From Parcubacteria group bacterium (GTDB lineage Bacteria; Patescibacteriota; Minisyncoccia; Moranbacterales; UBA2206), in NCBI GenBank assembly GCA_041645535.1, contig JBAZPT010000002.1, positions 170,853 to 234,852 on the forward strand: 64,000 nt of DNA. Reading direction: 5' to 3'. A program made the translations under genes and the position numbers. The notes beneath the pieces were generated by a model, which worked only from the letters and a program-made list of their open reading frames with translations, had not been told where the DNA came from and did not search any database. Below are positions 8,036-17,260 of this stretch, in pieces; position 1 is the stretch's first letter; each line of letters begins with the position of its first letter.

Positions 8036-8929
8036 ATGCCTGAATTACCAGAAGTACAAACTATCATTTCAGACTTAAATCGAAAAATTAAGGGTGATAC
8101 TATCACCGATTTTTGGAGTGATTGGGGAAAGGCGATTAAAGGAAAATCTGTGGAAAAGTTTACCAAGGAAATTAAAGGACGGAAGATTTTGGGCGCGCGG
8201 AGAATTGGAAAAAATATTTTCATTGATCTATCTGGCGGCAAGACTTTATATATACATTTGAAGATGACAGGACATTTACTCGTGAAACGCGTATCGCATA
8301 ACGTGGATCGCAAATCAAAAGACTATTTCGATGATCGGGTTAATCAGTATATTCATCATATCTGGAAATTAAAGTCTGTGAACTGTCGACCGTTGACTGC
8401 TAACTGTCAGAAAACCTTAGAGTTTTCTGACGTTAGAAAGTTTGCCAAGATTGTTTTGGATGATACGCAAAAAATTGCCGAGCTTCCGGAGATAAAAAAA
8501 TTGGGCGTTGACGCGATGAGTCCGCAGTTTACATTGAATAAATTTAAAGAAATATTAAATCGCCGAAAGAATAAATCAATCGGCTTAATTCTGATGGAAC
8601 AAGAATTAATTTCCGGCATTGGAAATATTTATCGCAGTGAAATTTTATTTGAAGCCGGCATCGCGCCGACCAGGATTATAAAAAAATTAAACAGCCAAGA
8701 AATAAAAAAAATATACCAGTCTATTAAAAAAGTCCTCGCCAAAGCCATAAAATTGCGCGGAACATCGGACAGTGATTATCGCGACACAGCCGGCGCGCCG
8801 GGAAATTTTCAAAAAATTTTGCGGGTGTATAGACAGGCTGGAAAGAAATGTAGAAAGTGTGATACAATAATAAAGCGTTCGACATTAGGGCAAAGAAACG
8901 CATTCTTTTGTGCCAAATGCCAGAAATAA
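8036..8929 (+). CDS. mutM: formamidopyrimidine-DNA glycosylase
   Basis: 297 aa. N-terminal MPELPEV catalytic motif, H2TH region and C-terminal zinc finger (CRKC...CAKCQ). Confidence 0.85.
   Translation: MPELPEVQTIISDLNRKIKGDTITDFWSDWGKAIKGKSVEKFTKEIKGRKILGARRIGKNIFIDLSGGKTLYIHLKMTGHLLVKRVSHNVDRKSKDYFDDRVNQYIHHIWKLKSVNCRPLTANCQKTLEFSDVRKFAKIVLDDTQKIAELPEIKKLGVDAMSPQFTLNKFKEILNRRKNKSIGLILMEQELISGIGNIYRSEILFEAGIAPTRIIKKLNSQEIKKIYQSIKKVLAKAIKLRGTSDSDYRDTAGAPGNFQKILRVYRQAGKKCRKCDTIIKRSTLGQRNAFFCAKCQK
8371..8412 (+). repeat. 7-nt periodic segment inside mutM (AAAGTCT GTGAACT GTCGACC GTTGACT GCTAACT GTCAGAA)
   Basis: Period-7 pattern G-Y-N-N-A-C-Y read directly. It encodes KSVNCRPLTANCQ. Confidence 0.5.
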
Positions 8930-8947
8930 ATATTAAAAATTGCAAGC

Positions 8948-10093
8948 ATGATTACTAGAAGAAAAATCGTTGTGACTATTGCCATAATAGTCGTAGTTAT
9001 CGGGGGATATTTTTTGTTCAGAAAAAAAACTCCGGTAAAGCAGATTAATTTGGATACCAGCCAGATAGTTCCTCTCAATTTGGGCGATGTGAGCCCGATT
9101 TCCGGGCTGGCTTGCGACAATTGGAATAAGCGGGCGGTAGCGGTGATGCAGCCGGCGGATGTGCAGGCGCGGCCGGCAGCCGGATTTTCCGAAGCCGATA
9201 TGGTAATTGAAATGCCGGGCTACACGAATTCAGTGACCAGACTCATGGGCGTGTATCTTTGCAATCTACCGAAAGAAATCGGCGCTATCCGCAGTTCGCG
9301 CCATGACTATATAGCGCTGGCGGCAGGGCTGGACGCGGTTTTTGTCCACTGGGGCGGGTCGCATTTCGCGCTAGACCTTTTGAAAAATAAAATTATTGAT
9401 AACATTGAATGCATGAGCGGCAATTATTGTTTCCGTTGGCCGATGACTGGAAAAATGAGAACCGAAGACACGGGACATGTGACTAAGAACAGCATACTCC
9501 AGGCTATGAAAGATTATGGATACCGCACGACTGGAAAGTTTTCCGGCTATTTACATCAGGCGGAACTGGCGCTTGAGCAACGGCCGAGTGGCGGAAAGCT
9601 GACCGTGGGTTTTGTCGGGCCGTATGATGCTAAATATGAATATGACAAAGCGACCAATACATATTTGCGAAAATGGGGCGGTAAGGAAGATAAAGACAGA
9701 AATAATGATCAGCGATTGGCGCCAAAAAATGTAGTGGTGATGTTTGCCAAGTCAGAACAGATTACTCTTGATCAGAATTATGTCGGGCAGGGGCTCAAAG
9801 ATCCGTGGGCCGGCGTGGAAGAAATAAAAAAGACGGGAGTGGAAAGCATCAGCGGGCGGTATAATAATGTTCAAATCGGCGATCCCTGGTATGACGCAAG
9901 CGATTCCGGTGAAGCGCATTATTATCTCAATGGACAGGAATATGCCGGAACCTGGAAAAAAGATAAATCAAAACTGGACAGCAAGCTTATGTTTTATGAC
10001 AATTCCGGCAAGGAAATGTTGTTTGTGCCAGGGCAGATCTGGGTGGAAATTCTGGAGCCGGGGCAGGAACTCAAGTGGGAATTGGCGCAATAA
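8948..10093 (+). CDS. DUF3048-like secreted/anchored protein
   Basis: 381 aa with an N-terminal TM helix. AVAVMQPADVQARPAAGFSEADMVIEM and AIRSSRHDY...VHWGGS resemble the DUF3048 family. Confidence 0.6.
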   Translation: MITRRKIVVTIAIIVVVIGGYFLFRKKTPVKQINLDTSQIVPLNLGDVSPISGLACDNWNKRAVAVMQPADVQARPAAGFSEADMVIEMPGYTNSVTRLMGVYLCNLPKEIGAIRSSRHDYIALAAGLDAVFVHWGGSHFALDLLKNKIIDNIECMSGNYCFRWPMTGKMRTEDTGHVTKNSILQAMKDYGYRTTGKFSGYLHQAELALEQRPSGGKLTVGFVGPYDAKYEYDKATNTYLRKWGGKEDKDRNNDQRLAPKNVVVMFAKSEQITLDQNYVGQGLKDPWAGVEEIKKTGVESISGRYNNVQIGDPWYDASDSGEAHYYLNGQEYAGTWKKDKSKLDSKLMFYDNSGKEMLFVPGQIWVEILEPGQELKWELAQ

Positions 10094-10145
10094 TAAAAAA
10101 ACACATAGTACATAACATAAGCATGGAATTATTTTAAAATGTTCC

Positions 10146-11135
10146 ATGTTTTATGTTCCATGTTTCATGATAATTTTTCTCTGCGGTGAAGATTTTTTCC
10201 GTTCGGGCGAAAAAGTAGCCGAAATAAAAAAGAAGTTTTTAGAAAAAGATCCAATCGGCTCTGGTTTGTCCGTTTTTGATTTTTCCGATTCCAAAATAGA
10301 AACAGACAGCGTTTTAGGGGCGCTTTCAACAAGCAATCTGCTGGCTCCTAAGCGGCTGGTAATCATAAAAAACATAATTTCAGAAGGAACAGAGCGCGCG
10401 CGGGAGGATATGCTCATGTTTTTGAAAAAACAAAAGTGGTTCGCGGAAGATCAGGACACAGTGGCGGTTTTTTGGGAAGCGGGCAAGGTGAAAAAAAGCG
10501 ACTTGCTTCACAAATATTTTCTCAAAAATGCGAAAAACCAGGAGTTTGAAAAACTGATTGGAGCCAAATTGAGCCAGTGGGTGCTTTTGCGGATCAAAAA
10601 AATTGATGAAAAAAATTCCATTTCCCTCACAGCTCTCGAAAAATTGCTGGCTTTTGCCGGAGAGGACATGCATCTTTTGAATAACGAAATTGAAAAACTC
10701 TCGGCTTATGCCGGCGGGAAAACAATAACAGAAGAAGATGTGGAACTTTTAGTGCGCGCCAATCTGGGCAGCAACATTTTCAACACCATTGACGCCATTG
10801 GGGCCAATAACAAAAAAGAAGCACTGGCGCTTTTGCACCGGCACCTGGAAAAAGGCGAAGACCCGTTCTATCTTCTCTCGATGTTTGTTTATCAATTCAG
10901 AAATCTTCTCAAAGTTGCGGATTTCAAAAATCAATTTGGAGCGGATGAATATGCGATTTCCCGCGAAAGCAAAATGCACCCGTTTGTGGTAAAAAAAAGT
11001 TTGGCGCAAATCCGCAATTTTTCTTTTGATAAATTAAAAAATATTTATCAAAAACTTGGGGAATTGGACACAGCAGTCAAAACTGGGAAGGTTGAAATTA
11101 AGATGGGGTTGGATAAGTTTATAGTAGAACTCTAG
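10146..11135 (+). CDS. holA: DNA polymerase III delta subunit
   Basis: 329 aa with delta-like layout (FLCGEDFF..., C-terminal helical domain). Alternative start ATG 10167. Confidence 0.65.
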   Translation: MFYVPCFMIIFLCGEDFFRSGEKVAEIKKKFLEKDPIGSGLSVFDFSDSKIETDSVLGALSTSNLLAPKRLVIIKNIISEGTERAREDMLMFLKKQKWFAEDQDTVAVFWEAGKVKKSDLLHKYFLKNAKNQEFEKLIGAKLSQWVLLRIKKIDEKNSISLTALEKLLAFAGEDMHLLNNEIEKLSAYAGGKTITEEDVELLVRANLGSNIFNTIDAIGANNKKEALALLHRHLEKGEDPFYLLSMFVYQFRNLLKVADFKNQFGADEYAISRESKMHPFVVKKSLAQIRNFSFDKLKNIYQKLGELDTAVKTGKVEIKMGLDKFIVEL

Positions 11136-11174
11136 TAGATCCCTCAATCCCGAGTGCTCGGGACTCGGGATAAT

Positions 11175-11207
11175 AAAAAAGAAATCCTGAAAAAGGATTT
11201 CTTTTTT
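11175..11207. terminator. bidirectional terminator between holA and rpsT
   Basis: AAAAAAGAAATCC-TGAAAAA-GGATTTCTTTTTT. Confidence 0.7.
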
Positions 11208-11208
11208 A

Positions 11209-11478
11209 TTATTTTTTTGTAATCGCTTTAACTTGCTTGTTGAGTCGGGATTTTTTTCTGGCGGCGGTATTTTTATGGATGACTTTTTTCTGCGCGGCTT
11301 TGTCCAAGGCTTTGGCGGTTTTTTGAAACCATTCCTTGGCTAGCGCCTTGTCGCCCTTAGCAATGGCTTCCACGGTTTTTTTGAAAGCGCTGCGGAAAGC
11401 TCCTTTGATTTTGGCGTTTTTAATAGTCTTTTTAGCCGTCACGCGCATGTACTTCTTGGCTGATTTTTTGATAGGCAT
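11209..11478 (-). CDS. rpsT: 30S ribosomal protein S20
   Basis: 89 aa, MPIKKSAKKYMRVTAKKTIKN..., lysine/alanine rich as in S20. Confidence 0.9.
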   Translation of the reverse strand: MPIKKSAKKYMRVTAKKTIKNAKIKGAFRSAFKKTVEAIAKGDKALAKEWFQKTAKALDKAAQKKVIHKNTAARKKSRLNKQVKAITKK

Positions 11479-11540
11479 ATATTTAGATAACTAATTGGTT
11501 AGACTTAATAACTTTTGTATTCTTGCACAACCTTGACCCT

Positions 11541-11569
11541 TTGGCAAGGGACTGGGAAAAATGTATAAT
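11541..11569 (+). promoter_or_regulatory. promoter of ruvA
   Basis: TTGGCA (11541-11546), 17 nt, TATAAT (11564-11569). ATG lies 12 nt downstream with no SD. Confidence 0.5.
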
Positions 11570-11581
11570 TAGAGCGCAAGT

Positions 11582-12154
11582 ATGATTGCTAAAATTCGGG
11601 GTAAAATTGAATATCTGAAAGATAATTATGCGGTAGTGGATGTTTCCGGCGTGGGCTATAAAATATATCTCACGGCTTATACTTTTGGGAAAATCGCGGG
11701 AAAAGTTGATGTCGATTTGTTTATCCATACGCATGTGCGCGAAGACGCTCTGGATCTCTATGGCTTTTTGACCTTGGAAGAGTTGGAGATGTTCGAACTT
11801 TTGATTTCTATTTCCGGAGTGGGACCGAAGTCGGGATTGGGGATTCTCACGGTTGCTACTCCCAAAACTATCAAAATCGCAATTCTCAATGAAGACTCTT
11901 CTATTCTCACTAAGGTTTCCGGTGTAGGCAAGAAAACGGCCGAACGGATAATTCTCGAACTTAAAAACAAAGTCGCTGATATGCCGATAGGCGAAAAAGA
12001 AGGCGCGGTAAGCGATATGGATGCCATCGAAGCTCTGACTTCAATGGGCTATAGCGTCACCGAAGCGCGCGATTCTCTGAAATCCATCCCAGCCGATATC
12101 AAGGACATCGGGCAAAGAGTGGGTCTGGCGCTTAAGAATTTGGGGAAAAAATGA
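11582..12154 (+). CDS. ruvA: Holliday junction branch migration protein RuvA
   Basis: 190 aa. MIAKIRGKIEYL..., HhH motifs (ISGVGPKSGLGIL, VSGVGKKTAERI). Confidence 0.9.
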   Translation: MIAKIRGKIEYLKDNYAVVDVSGVGYKIYLTAYTFGKIAGKVDVDLFIHTHVREDALDLYGFLTLEELEMFELLISISGVGPKSGLGILTVATPKTIKIAILNEDSSILTKVSGVGKKTAERIILELKNKVADMPIGEKEGAVSDMDAIEALTSMGYSVTEARDSLKSIPADIKDIGQRVGLALKNLGKK

Positions 12155-12296
12155 GCACGCTTTATTGATTGGCATTAGTTTGTATTAAAGGCCAAAGAAA
12201 GCCTTTTTTTGTTGTTTAAAAACCTTAAAGATTTTGGTATTTTTGCTAAAATGGCTTAAAAAAGGCAAAAAATTGTTTCAGTTGATTAACAGGGGC

Positions 12297-12325
12297 TTGA
12301 CAAAATCTGAAAAGTTTGCTATGCT
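12297..12325 (+). promoter_or_regulatory. promoter of the S8 protease gene
   Basis: TTGACA (12297-12302), 17 nt, TATGCT (12320-12325). Confidence 0.5.
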
Positions 12326-12349
12326 ACCCAGTTAAATAAAAAAACAACT

Positions 12350-12373
12350 AAGGCGCTGCAGAATCGCCTTTTT
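12350..12373 (+). promoter_or_regulatory. terminator-like hairpin in the 5' leader of the S8 protease gene
   Basis: AAGGCG-ctgcagaat-CGCCTT followed by TTTGTTTTT, 14 nt before ATG 12387. Confidence 0.45.
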
Positions 12374-12386
12374 GTTTTTCAAAATT

Positions 12387-13919
12387 ATGCAAAAAACAAG
12401 AGCTAACCAAAAAAGAACTCACAAAATACTGGTCTCGCTGGTAATTTTTGCCTTTTTGGCAGAATCGAGCGTGCCATTTTTTGTCGTGGCTCAAGAAAAA
12501 TATGTAGGCACTGGCAGTCAAGCCAATAGTATTAATTACAAAGCCGACAGCGCCGGTACCAACGATCCATATTATGACAGTCTGTGGGCGCTGGCTAAAA
12601 TAAAAGCTCCAGCTGCCTGGGAAAATATGGATAACAAGGCGAAGGTGATTATAGCAGTAGTGGATACCGGTGTTGATTACCAACATGAAGATTTGGCGGA
12701 AAATATTTGGACAAATACGAAAGAAATTTCCAGCAATGGGATTGACGATGACAAAAATGGATTTGTAGATGATGTGCATGGCTGGGATTTTTTTAATGGC
12801 GATAATAATCCAATGGATGACGGCGGACATGGCACGCAAGTAGCTGGCGTTATCGGGGCGATGGCCAATAATAATAAGGGAATCACGGGTGTCGCGCCTA
12901 ATGTAAAAATAATGCCGCTTAAATGTTTGGGAGCGGATGATCAAGGTACCTCGCAGAAATGCGCTGACGCAATCAAATACGCGGTGGATAACGGTGCCAG
13001 CGTTATCAATGCGAGCTGGTCTGCAAAAAGTGCCGGTAATCAAAAACTGGCGGAAGCAATCAATTATGCCTATAAAAAGAATGTGGCGGTTTTTGTATCA
13101 GCTGGCAATGATAATTCTAATGCGGATGGATATGTTCCGGCGAATATCAAATATGCTTTGGCGGTGTCTGCCACGAATACGGAGGATAAAAAATCAAGTT
13201 TTTCCAATTGGGGCGATGCAGTGGCTTTTTCCGCGCCGGGCGAAAAAATAAAAACGACAGTTGTTGGAAATAAATATAAATCATATAAGGGAACTTCTTT
13301 TGCAGTTGCTTATGCCAGCGGAGTAGCCGCGCTATTGTATTTAGTCAAGTCTTCTTTAACAGTGGATGAAGTTCGAATCCTGCTGCAAAATTCGGCGGAT
13401 GATCTGGGTAAAACCGGCTGGGACAAAAACTTCGGGGCGGGGCGCATCAATGCGGATAAAGCCGTGCGGTATTTATTAAGCGGAAATTATATTGCTGATT
13501 TAGCTAGCTTGGGAACGATAGCCAATAAGCGGGCGAATATCGTGTATTTTAATCCGGAGGGGACATCTGTTAAGGCGGCTGACTCTTCCAATTCTTCTTC
13601 AGATTCGCATTCGAAAAAGAAAAGTAAAAAGAAGAAAAAGAAAAGTTTGCCTAACACTATAAAAAATTCTGTCAACAGCGTGTCGCGCGGGCAAGTGCTT
13701 GTGCAATCTGGAAAGAAGTTTTCCAAAAACAGCTTGGTTAGGGCATATTTTTCCAAGCCAGGCGGCGGCTACTATTCGCCAAAAACAATTATGACTGACA
13801 GTAATGGAAATTTTTTAACCGACTATCAAGTCTGGAAGCCTGCCGGAACTTATTTTTGGTTTGCAGTAGATGCCAAAACCGGCAAAAGAAGCAAGACTAT
13901 AAGTTATCAAGTCAAATAG
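12387..13919 (+). CDS. S8-family (subtilisin-like) serine peptidase, secreted
   Basis: The track start 12372 was trimmed to ATG 12387 (signal peptide). Catalytic triad motifs are VVDTGVD, HGTQVAG and GTSFAVA. There is a poly-Lys stretch near the C-terminal domain. Confidence 0.85.
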   Translation: MQKTRANQKRTHKILVSLVIFAFLAESSVPFFVVAQEKYVGTGSQANSINYKADSAGTNDPYYDSLWALAKIKAPAAWENMDNKAKVIIAVVDTGVDYQHEDLAENIWTNTKEISSNGIDDDKNGFVDDVHGWDFFNGDNNPMDDGGHGTQVAGVIGAMANNNKGITGVAPNVKIMPLKCLGADDQGTSQKCADAIKYAVDNGASVINASWSAKSAGNQKLAEAINYAYKKNVAVFVSAGNDNSNADGYVPANIKYALAVSATNTEDKKSSFSNWGDAVAFSAPGEKIKTTVVGNKYKSYKGTSFAVAYASGVAALLYLVKSSLTVDEVRILLQNSADDLGKTGWDKNFGAGRINADKAVRYLLSGNYIADLASLGTIANKRANIVYFNPEGTSVKAADSSNSSSDSHSKKKSKKKKKKSLPNTIKNSVNSVSRGQVLVQSGKKFSKNSLVRAYFSKPGGGYYSPKTIMTDSNGNFLTDYQVWKPAGTYFWFAVDAKTGKRSKTISYQVK

Positions 13920-13926
13920 ATAAATC

Positions 13927-13952
13927 AAAAAAAGGCCAAAGAGGCCTTTTTT
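13927..13952 (+). terminator. rho-independent terminator
   Basis: AAAAAAGGCC-aaaga-GGCCTTTTTT. Confidence 0.65.
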
Positions 13953-13953
13953 G

Positions 13954-13962
13954 TGCTATAAT
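13954..13962 (+). promoter_or_regulatory. extended -10 (TGcTATAAT) giving a leaderless femAB-like transcript
   Basis: TATAAT at 13957-13962, 6 nt, ATG 13969. No SD. Confidence 0.45.
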
Positions 13963-13968
13963 TAATAA

Positions 13969-14961
13969 ATGGAAAGTAGCGATAAACTAGAAAAATTTAT
14001 GCAAAAAAACCGTGTGGATAGAGACTTTTTGCAATCGGAGGAATGGCGGAAGTTTCAGGAAGCAACCGGAAAAAAGACTTTTAATATTTCCACGGATGGT
14101 TTTTGGGCGAATATTATTGAGCATCAGTTGCCGATAGTCGGGAAGTATTTTTATGTTCCGCGAGGCCCGCTAGGCGAAGTGAAAATGGAGGATGTAATAA
14201 ATTTAGCCAAAAAAGAAAAAGCCAATTGGATAAGAATAGATGTGGATTATAAAAATAGTAAGTACAAGATTGAAAAGGCGCCGCATGACATGCAGCCGAG
14301 GGAAGTATTTATTATTGATATTACGAAAAGCGAGGAAGAATTGCTGGCACAAATGAAATCGAAAACCAGATATAATATTAAAGTTGCGCAAAAACACAAT
14401 GTTAAAATTAGCGTGGCTGATAAATCGCAACCTGATTCTCAAAAATATTTAGAAAATTTGTTAGAATTAGTAAAAATTACGGCCAAACGCGATGGAATTA
14501 CGCCGCATCCGGAAAATTATTACCGTCAGATGTTTGAAATAATTCCAGCAGAAAACCTGAAATTATATGTCGCTGAATATGAGAACAAGATAATCGCGGC
14601 TAACATTGTAATTTTTTATGGAAACATTGCTACTTATCTTCATGGCGCTTCAGACAATGAACACAGGAACGTCATGGCGCCCCATCTTTTGCAATGGCAA
14701 CAAATACAAGACGCAAAAAAGGCCGGACTTAAAAAATATGACTTCGGTGGCATTTGTAGCGGTCCGACCGCTCTCGACCAAAACGACCTAAAGCGGTCGG
14801 ACCGCTACAATGCTTGGGCGGGCATTACCAAATTCAAAACTGGTTTTTCACCGAATACAAAACCGATATTATTTCCAGGAAGCTATGATATAATAATAAA
14901 CAAGAAGAAATATTATTTATATAGATTAATACAAAAAATAAAAGGGATATGCAGGCATTAA
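13969..14961 (+). CDS. FemAB-family peptidoglycan interpeptide-bridge aminoacyltransferase
   Basis: 330 aa. It resembles lipid II:glycine glycyltransferase / MurM (TRYNIKVAQKH, YLHGASDNEHRNVMAPHLLQW). It contains a palindromic insertion at 14756-14809. Confidence 0.75.
   Translation: MESSDKLEKFMQKNRVDRDFLQSEEWRKFQEATGKKTFNISTDGFWANIIEHQLPIVGKYFYVPRGPLGEVKMEDVINLAKKEKANWIRIDVDYKNSKYKIEKAPHDMQPREVFIIDITKSEEELLAQMKSKTRYNIKVAQKHNVKISVADKSQPDSQKYLENLLELVKITAKRDGITPHPENYYRQMFEIIPAENLKLYVAEYENKIIAANIVIFYGNIATYLHGASDNEHRNVMAPHLLQWQQIQDAKKAGLKKYDFGGICSGPTALDQNDLKRSDRYNAWAGITKFKTGFSPNTKPILFPGSYDIIINKKKYYLYRLIQKIKGICRH
14756..14809. repeat. GC-rich inverted repeat (18-bp arms TGTAGCGGTCCGACCGCT, 18-nt loop) inside the femAB-like gene
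   Basis: Same arm family as 2056-2093. It encodes CSGPTALDQNDLKRSDRYN. Confidence 0.9.
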
Positions 14962-16202
14962 AAAAACTGATCCCGCAATCTATAAAAAATATTTATCATT
15001 TAATTCAGGCGATGCTAGCCAATTTTATGTATGGCTTTCCATCTAAAAGCATTAAGGTTATCGGCGTGACAGGAACCAACGGCAAGACTACAACAGTCCA
15101 GATGGTTGCTAAAATTTTGGAAGAGGCCGGAAAAAATATTGCCATGGCATCAACCATCAATTTTAAAATTGGCGAAAGGGAGTGGAAAAATATTTCTCAC
15201 TTCACGACCCTTTCTCCCTTCGTGGTTCAGAAATTTATTCTAGAAGCAGTCAAAGCGCGCTGTGAATATTTAGTTTTAGAAACTTCATCGCATTCGCTCG
15301 ATCAATATCGCGTCTGGGGCGTGGATTATAAAACAGCAGTGATTACTAATGCTACGCGCGAGCACTTGGATTATCACCGGACCATGGACAAATATCGGAG
15401 AGTAAAACAAAAGCTTTTTAAAAAAACTGAAACTGCAATTGTGAATGCGGATATGGAAAAACCGGAAGATTTTTTGCGGTTTGATAATAAAAATAAAATT
15501 ATTTATAGCGCAAAGAATAGCAAGGCCAATGTTTTTGCAGCGGATATCAGTTTGAATATCAGCAGCTCCGAATTTTTAATTACTAATATTCATTTTAAAT
15601 TAAATTTGCCTGGCGATTTTAATATCGAGAACGCATTAGCGGCGATTAGCGTGGGAGTCTCGGAAAATATTAGTTTGGAAACTTGCGCTAAGGCTTTGGA
15701 AAAAATTAAAACCGTGCCGGGACGGATGGAATACATAGAAAACAATAAGAACCTGAATATTTTAGTGGATTTTGCCCTGACTCCGGATGCATTGGAAAAG
15801 TTATATGCCTTATTGATGAAAACAAAAAAACCAGGAGTGAAAATTATCGCGGTCTTTGGATCTTGTGGCGAAAGAGACCGCGGGAAAAGGCCGATTATGG
15901 GAGAAATAGTGTCGCGCTACGCGGATTTTGTTGTTGTGGCCAATGATGAGCCATATCACGAAAATCCGGCGCGAATTATCAGAGAAATTACAGCCGGGAT
16001 AAAAAATAAAAAAGAAGGCGTTAGCCTTCTGATAATTCCCGATCGCAGAGAGGCGATTCGAAAAGCTCTGCAATTAGGGAAAGCGGACGATATTATCGCG
16101 GTAACCGGTATGGGCGCGGAAGAATCAATGGTGGTTGGCGATCAAAAGATTCCCTGGGATGACCGGAAAGTTATCCGAGAACTTTTGCAAGAATTAAAGT
16201 GA
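14949..16202 (+). CDS. murE: Mur ligase, probably UDP-MurNAc-L-Ala-D-Glu:diamino acid ligase
   Basis: 417 aa. P-loop GVTGTNGKTT and Mur ligase middle and C-terminal domains. It overlaps the femAB-like stop by 13 nt. Confidence 0.75.
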   Translation: MQALKKLIPQSIKNIYHLIQAMLANFMYGFPSKSIKVIGVTGTNGKTTTVQMVAKILEEAGKNIAMASTINFKIGEREWKNISHFTTLSPFVVQKFILEAVKARCEYLVLETSSHSLDQYRVWGVDYKTAVITNATREHLDYHRTMDKYRRVKQKLFKKTETAIVNADMEKPEDFLRFDNKNKIIYSAKNSKANVFAADISLNISSSEFLITNIHFKLNLPGDFNIENALAAISVGVSENISLETCAKALEKIKTVPGRMEYIENNKNLNILVDFALTPDALEKLYALLMKTKKPGVKIIAVFGSCGERDRGKRPIMGEIVSRYADFVVVANDEPYHENPARIIREITAGIKNKKEGVSLLIIPDRREAIRKALQLGKADDIIAVTGMGAEESMVVGDQKIPWDDRKVIRELLQELK

Positions 16203-16632
16203 ACAAGACTCCAAGTATTCCGCCCACAACAACCTCGCTTATTCTGTGTCCCATTCTTTCTTTCAGCTTGGGAAATTCTTTTCCTCCAAGATTAAGATGT
16301 TCAATCAGCCGGTTTAAATAATTTCCCTGGTCGCCTATATACATTCTTAATCTGATCGAATCATCCACTGTCATAATAGCCAGAATCAAGGCTACGGCGA
16401 AAGCTCCGGAATTTATGCCGCTGTAATATCCAACCGCGGTAACAAGAGAAGAAACAAATCCAGTATGCGCCGAAGGCATATGCCCATAACCGACATGAGT
16501 CAATGTGTCCTTTATGTTCCAGCCGTGTTTCAGGGAGAAGATGATTATTTTTATGCCTTGGATGGCAAACCAAACAGCGATTGGTATCAAAAAGATATAA
16601 TATGACGATAAAATAGATAATAAAGCTTGCAT
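16171..16632 (-). CDS. divergent PAP2 / DUF212-family membrane protein
   Basis: Motif GHMPSAHTGFVSSLVTAVG. Start set to ATG 16632 (TATACT-6 nt-ATG on the minus strand); the track start is 16650. Confidence 0.65.
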   Translation of the reverse strand: MQALLSILSSYYIFLIPIAVWFAIQGIKIIIFSLKHGWNIKDTLTHVGYGHMPSAHTGFVSSLVTAVGYYSGINSGAFAVALILAIMTVDDSIRLRMYIGDQGNYLNRLIEHLNLGGKEFPKLKERMGHRISEVVVGGILGVLFTLILAKVLG

Positions 16633-16698
16633 AAATTTAGTATAGCACATTTTTCCAAATATGGTATAATGGGGTTAATAATAATTAAGCTAAAAATT

Positions 16699-17250
16699 AT
16701 GAGTATCGGACTAATTTTATTAATCGTTCTTGCTGTTATTCTCGCGTGGCTGATCGCGGTGTATAACGGTCTAATTCGCCTTAAAAACAGAGTGGACGAA
16801 GCTTGGAGCGATATCGATGTGCAGCTCAAAAGAAGATACGATCTAATTCCGAATCTGGTAAATACGGTCAAAGGTTACGCCGCGCACGAGCGCGAACTTT
16901 TCGAAAAAGTAACCGAAGCGCGTGCGCGAGCGATGGGAGCGGGCACAGCACAGGATAAAGCGCAAGCTGAAAATATGCTCTCAAATACTTTAAAAAGCTT
17001 GTTTGCGGTGGCGGAAGCCTATCCGGATTTAAAAGCCAACCAAAACTTTTTGGAGCTGCAAAGAGAGCTGACTGATACGGAAGACAAGATCCAGGCATCG
17101 CGGAGGTTTTACAACGGCAATGTGCGCGACTTCAACATTAAAATCCAGGTTTTTCCTAATAATTTGATTGCCGGAATGCTGAATTTTGCCAAGCGCGAAT
17201 TTTTTGAAACAGCGGAAGAACAGAAAGAGCCGGTGAAAGTGGAATTCTAA
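16699..17250 (+). CDS. lemA: LemA family protein
   Basis: MSIGLILL TM helix, then YNGLIRLKNRVDEAWSDIDVQLKRRYDLIPNLV. The track start 16627 was trimmed. Confidence 0.85.
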   Translation: MSIGLILLIVLAVILAWLIAVYNGLIRLKNRVDEAWSDIDVQLKRRYDLIPNLVNTVKGYAAHERELFEKVTEARARAMGAGTAQDKAQAENMLSNTLKSLFAVAEAYPDLKANQNFLELQRELTDTEDKIQASRRFYNGNVRDFNIKIQVFPNNLIAGMLNFAKREFFETAEEQKEPVKVEF

Positions 17251-17260
17251 ATTCAAGGAA

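Noticed and set aside
8371-8430. The mutM segment considered as another GC-rich palindromic (RPE-like) insertion.
   Set aside because: It is not GC-rich and not a long palindrome; only a local CAGAAAAC/GTTTTCTG stem is present. The 7-nt periodicity is the real signal, so it is reported under the heptad repeats.
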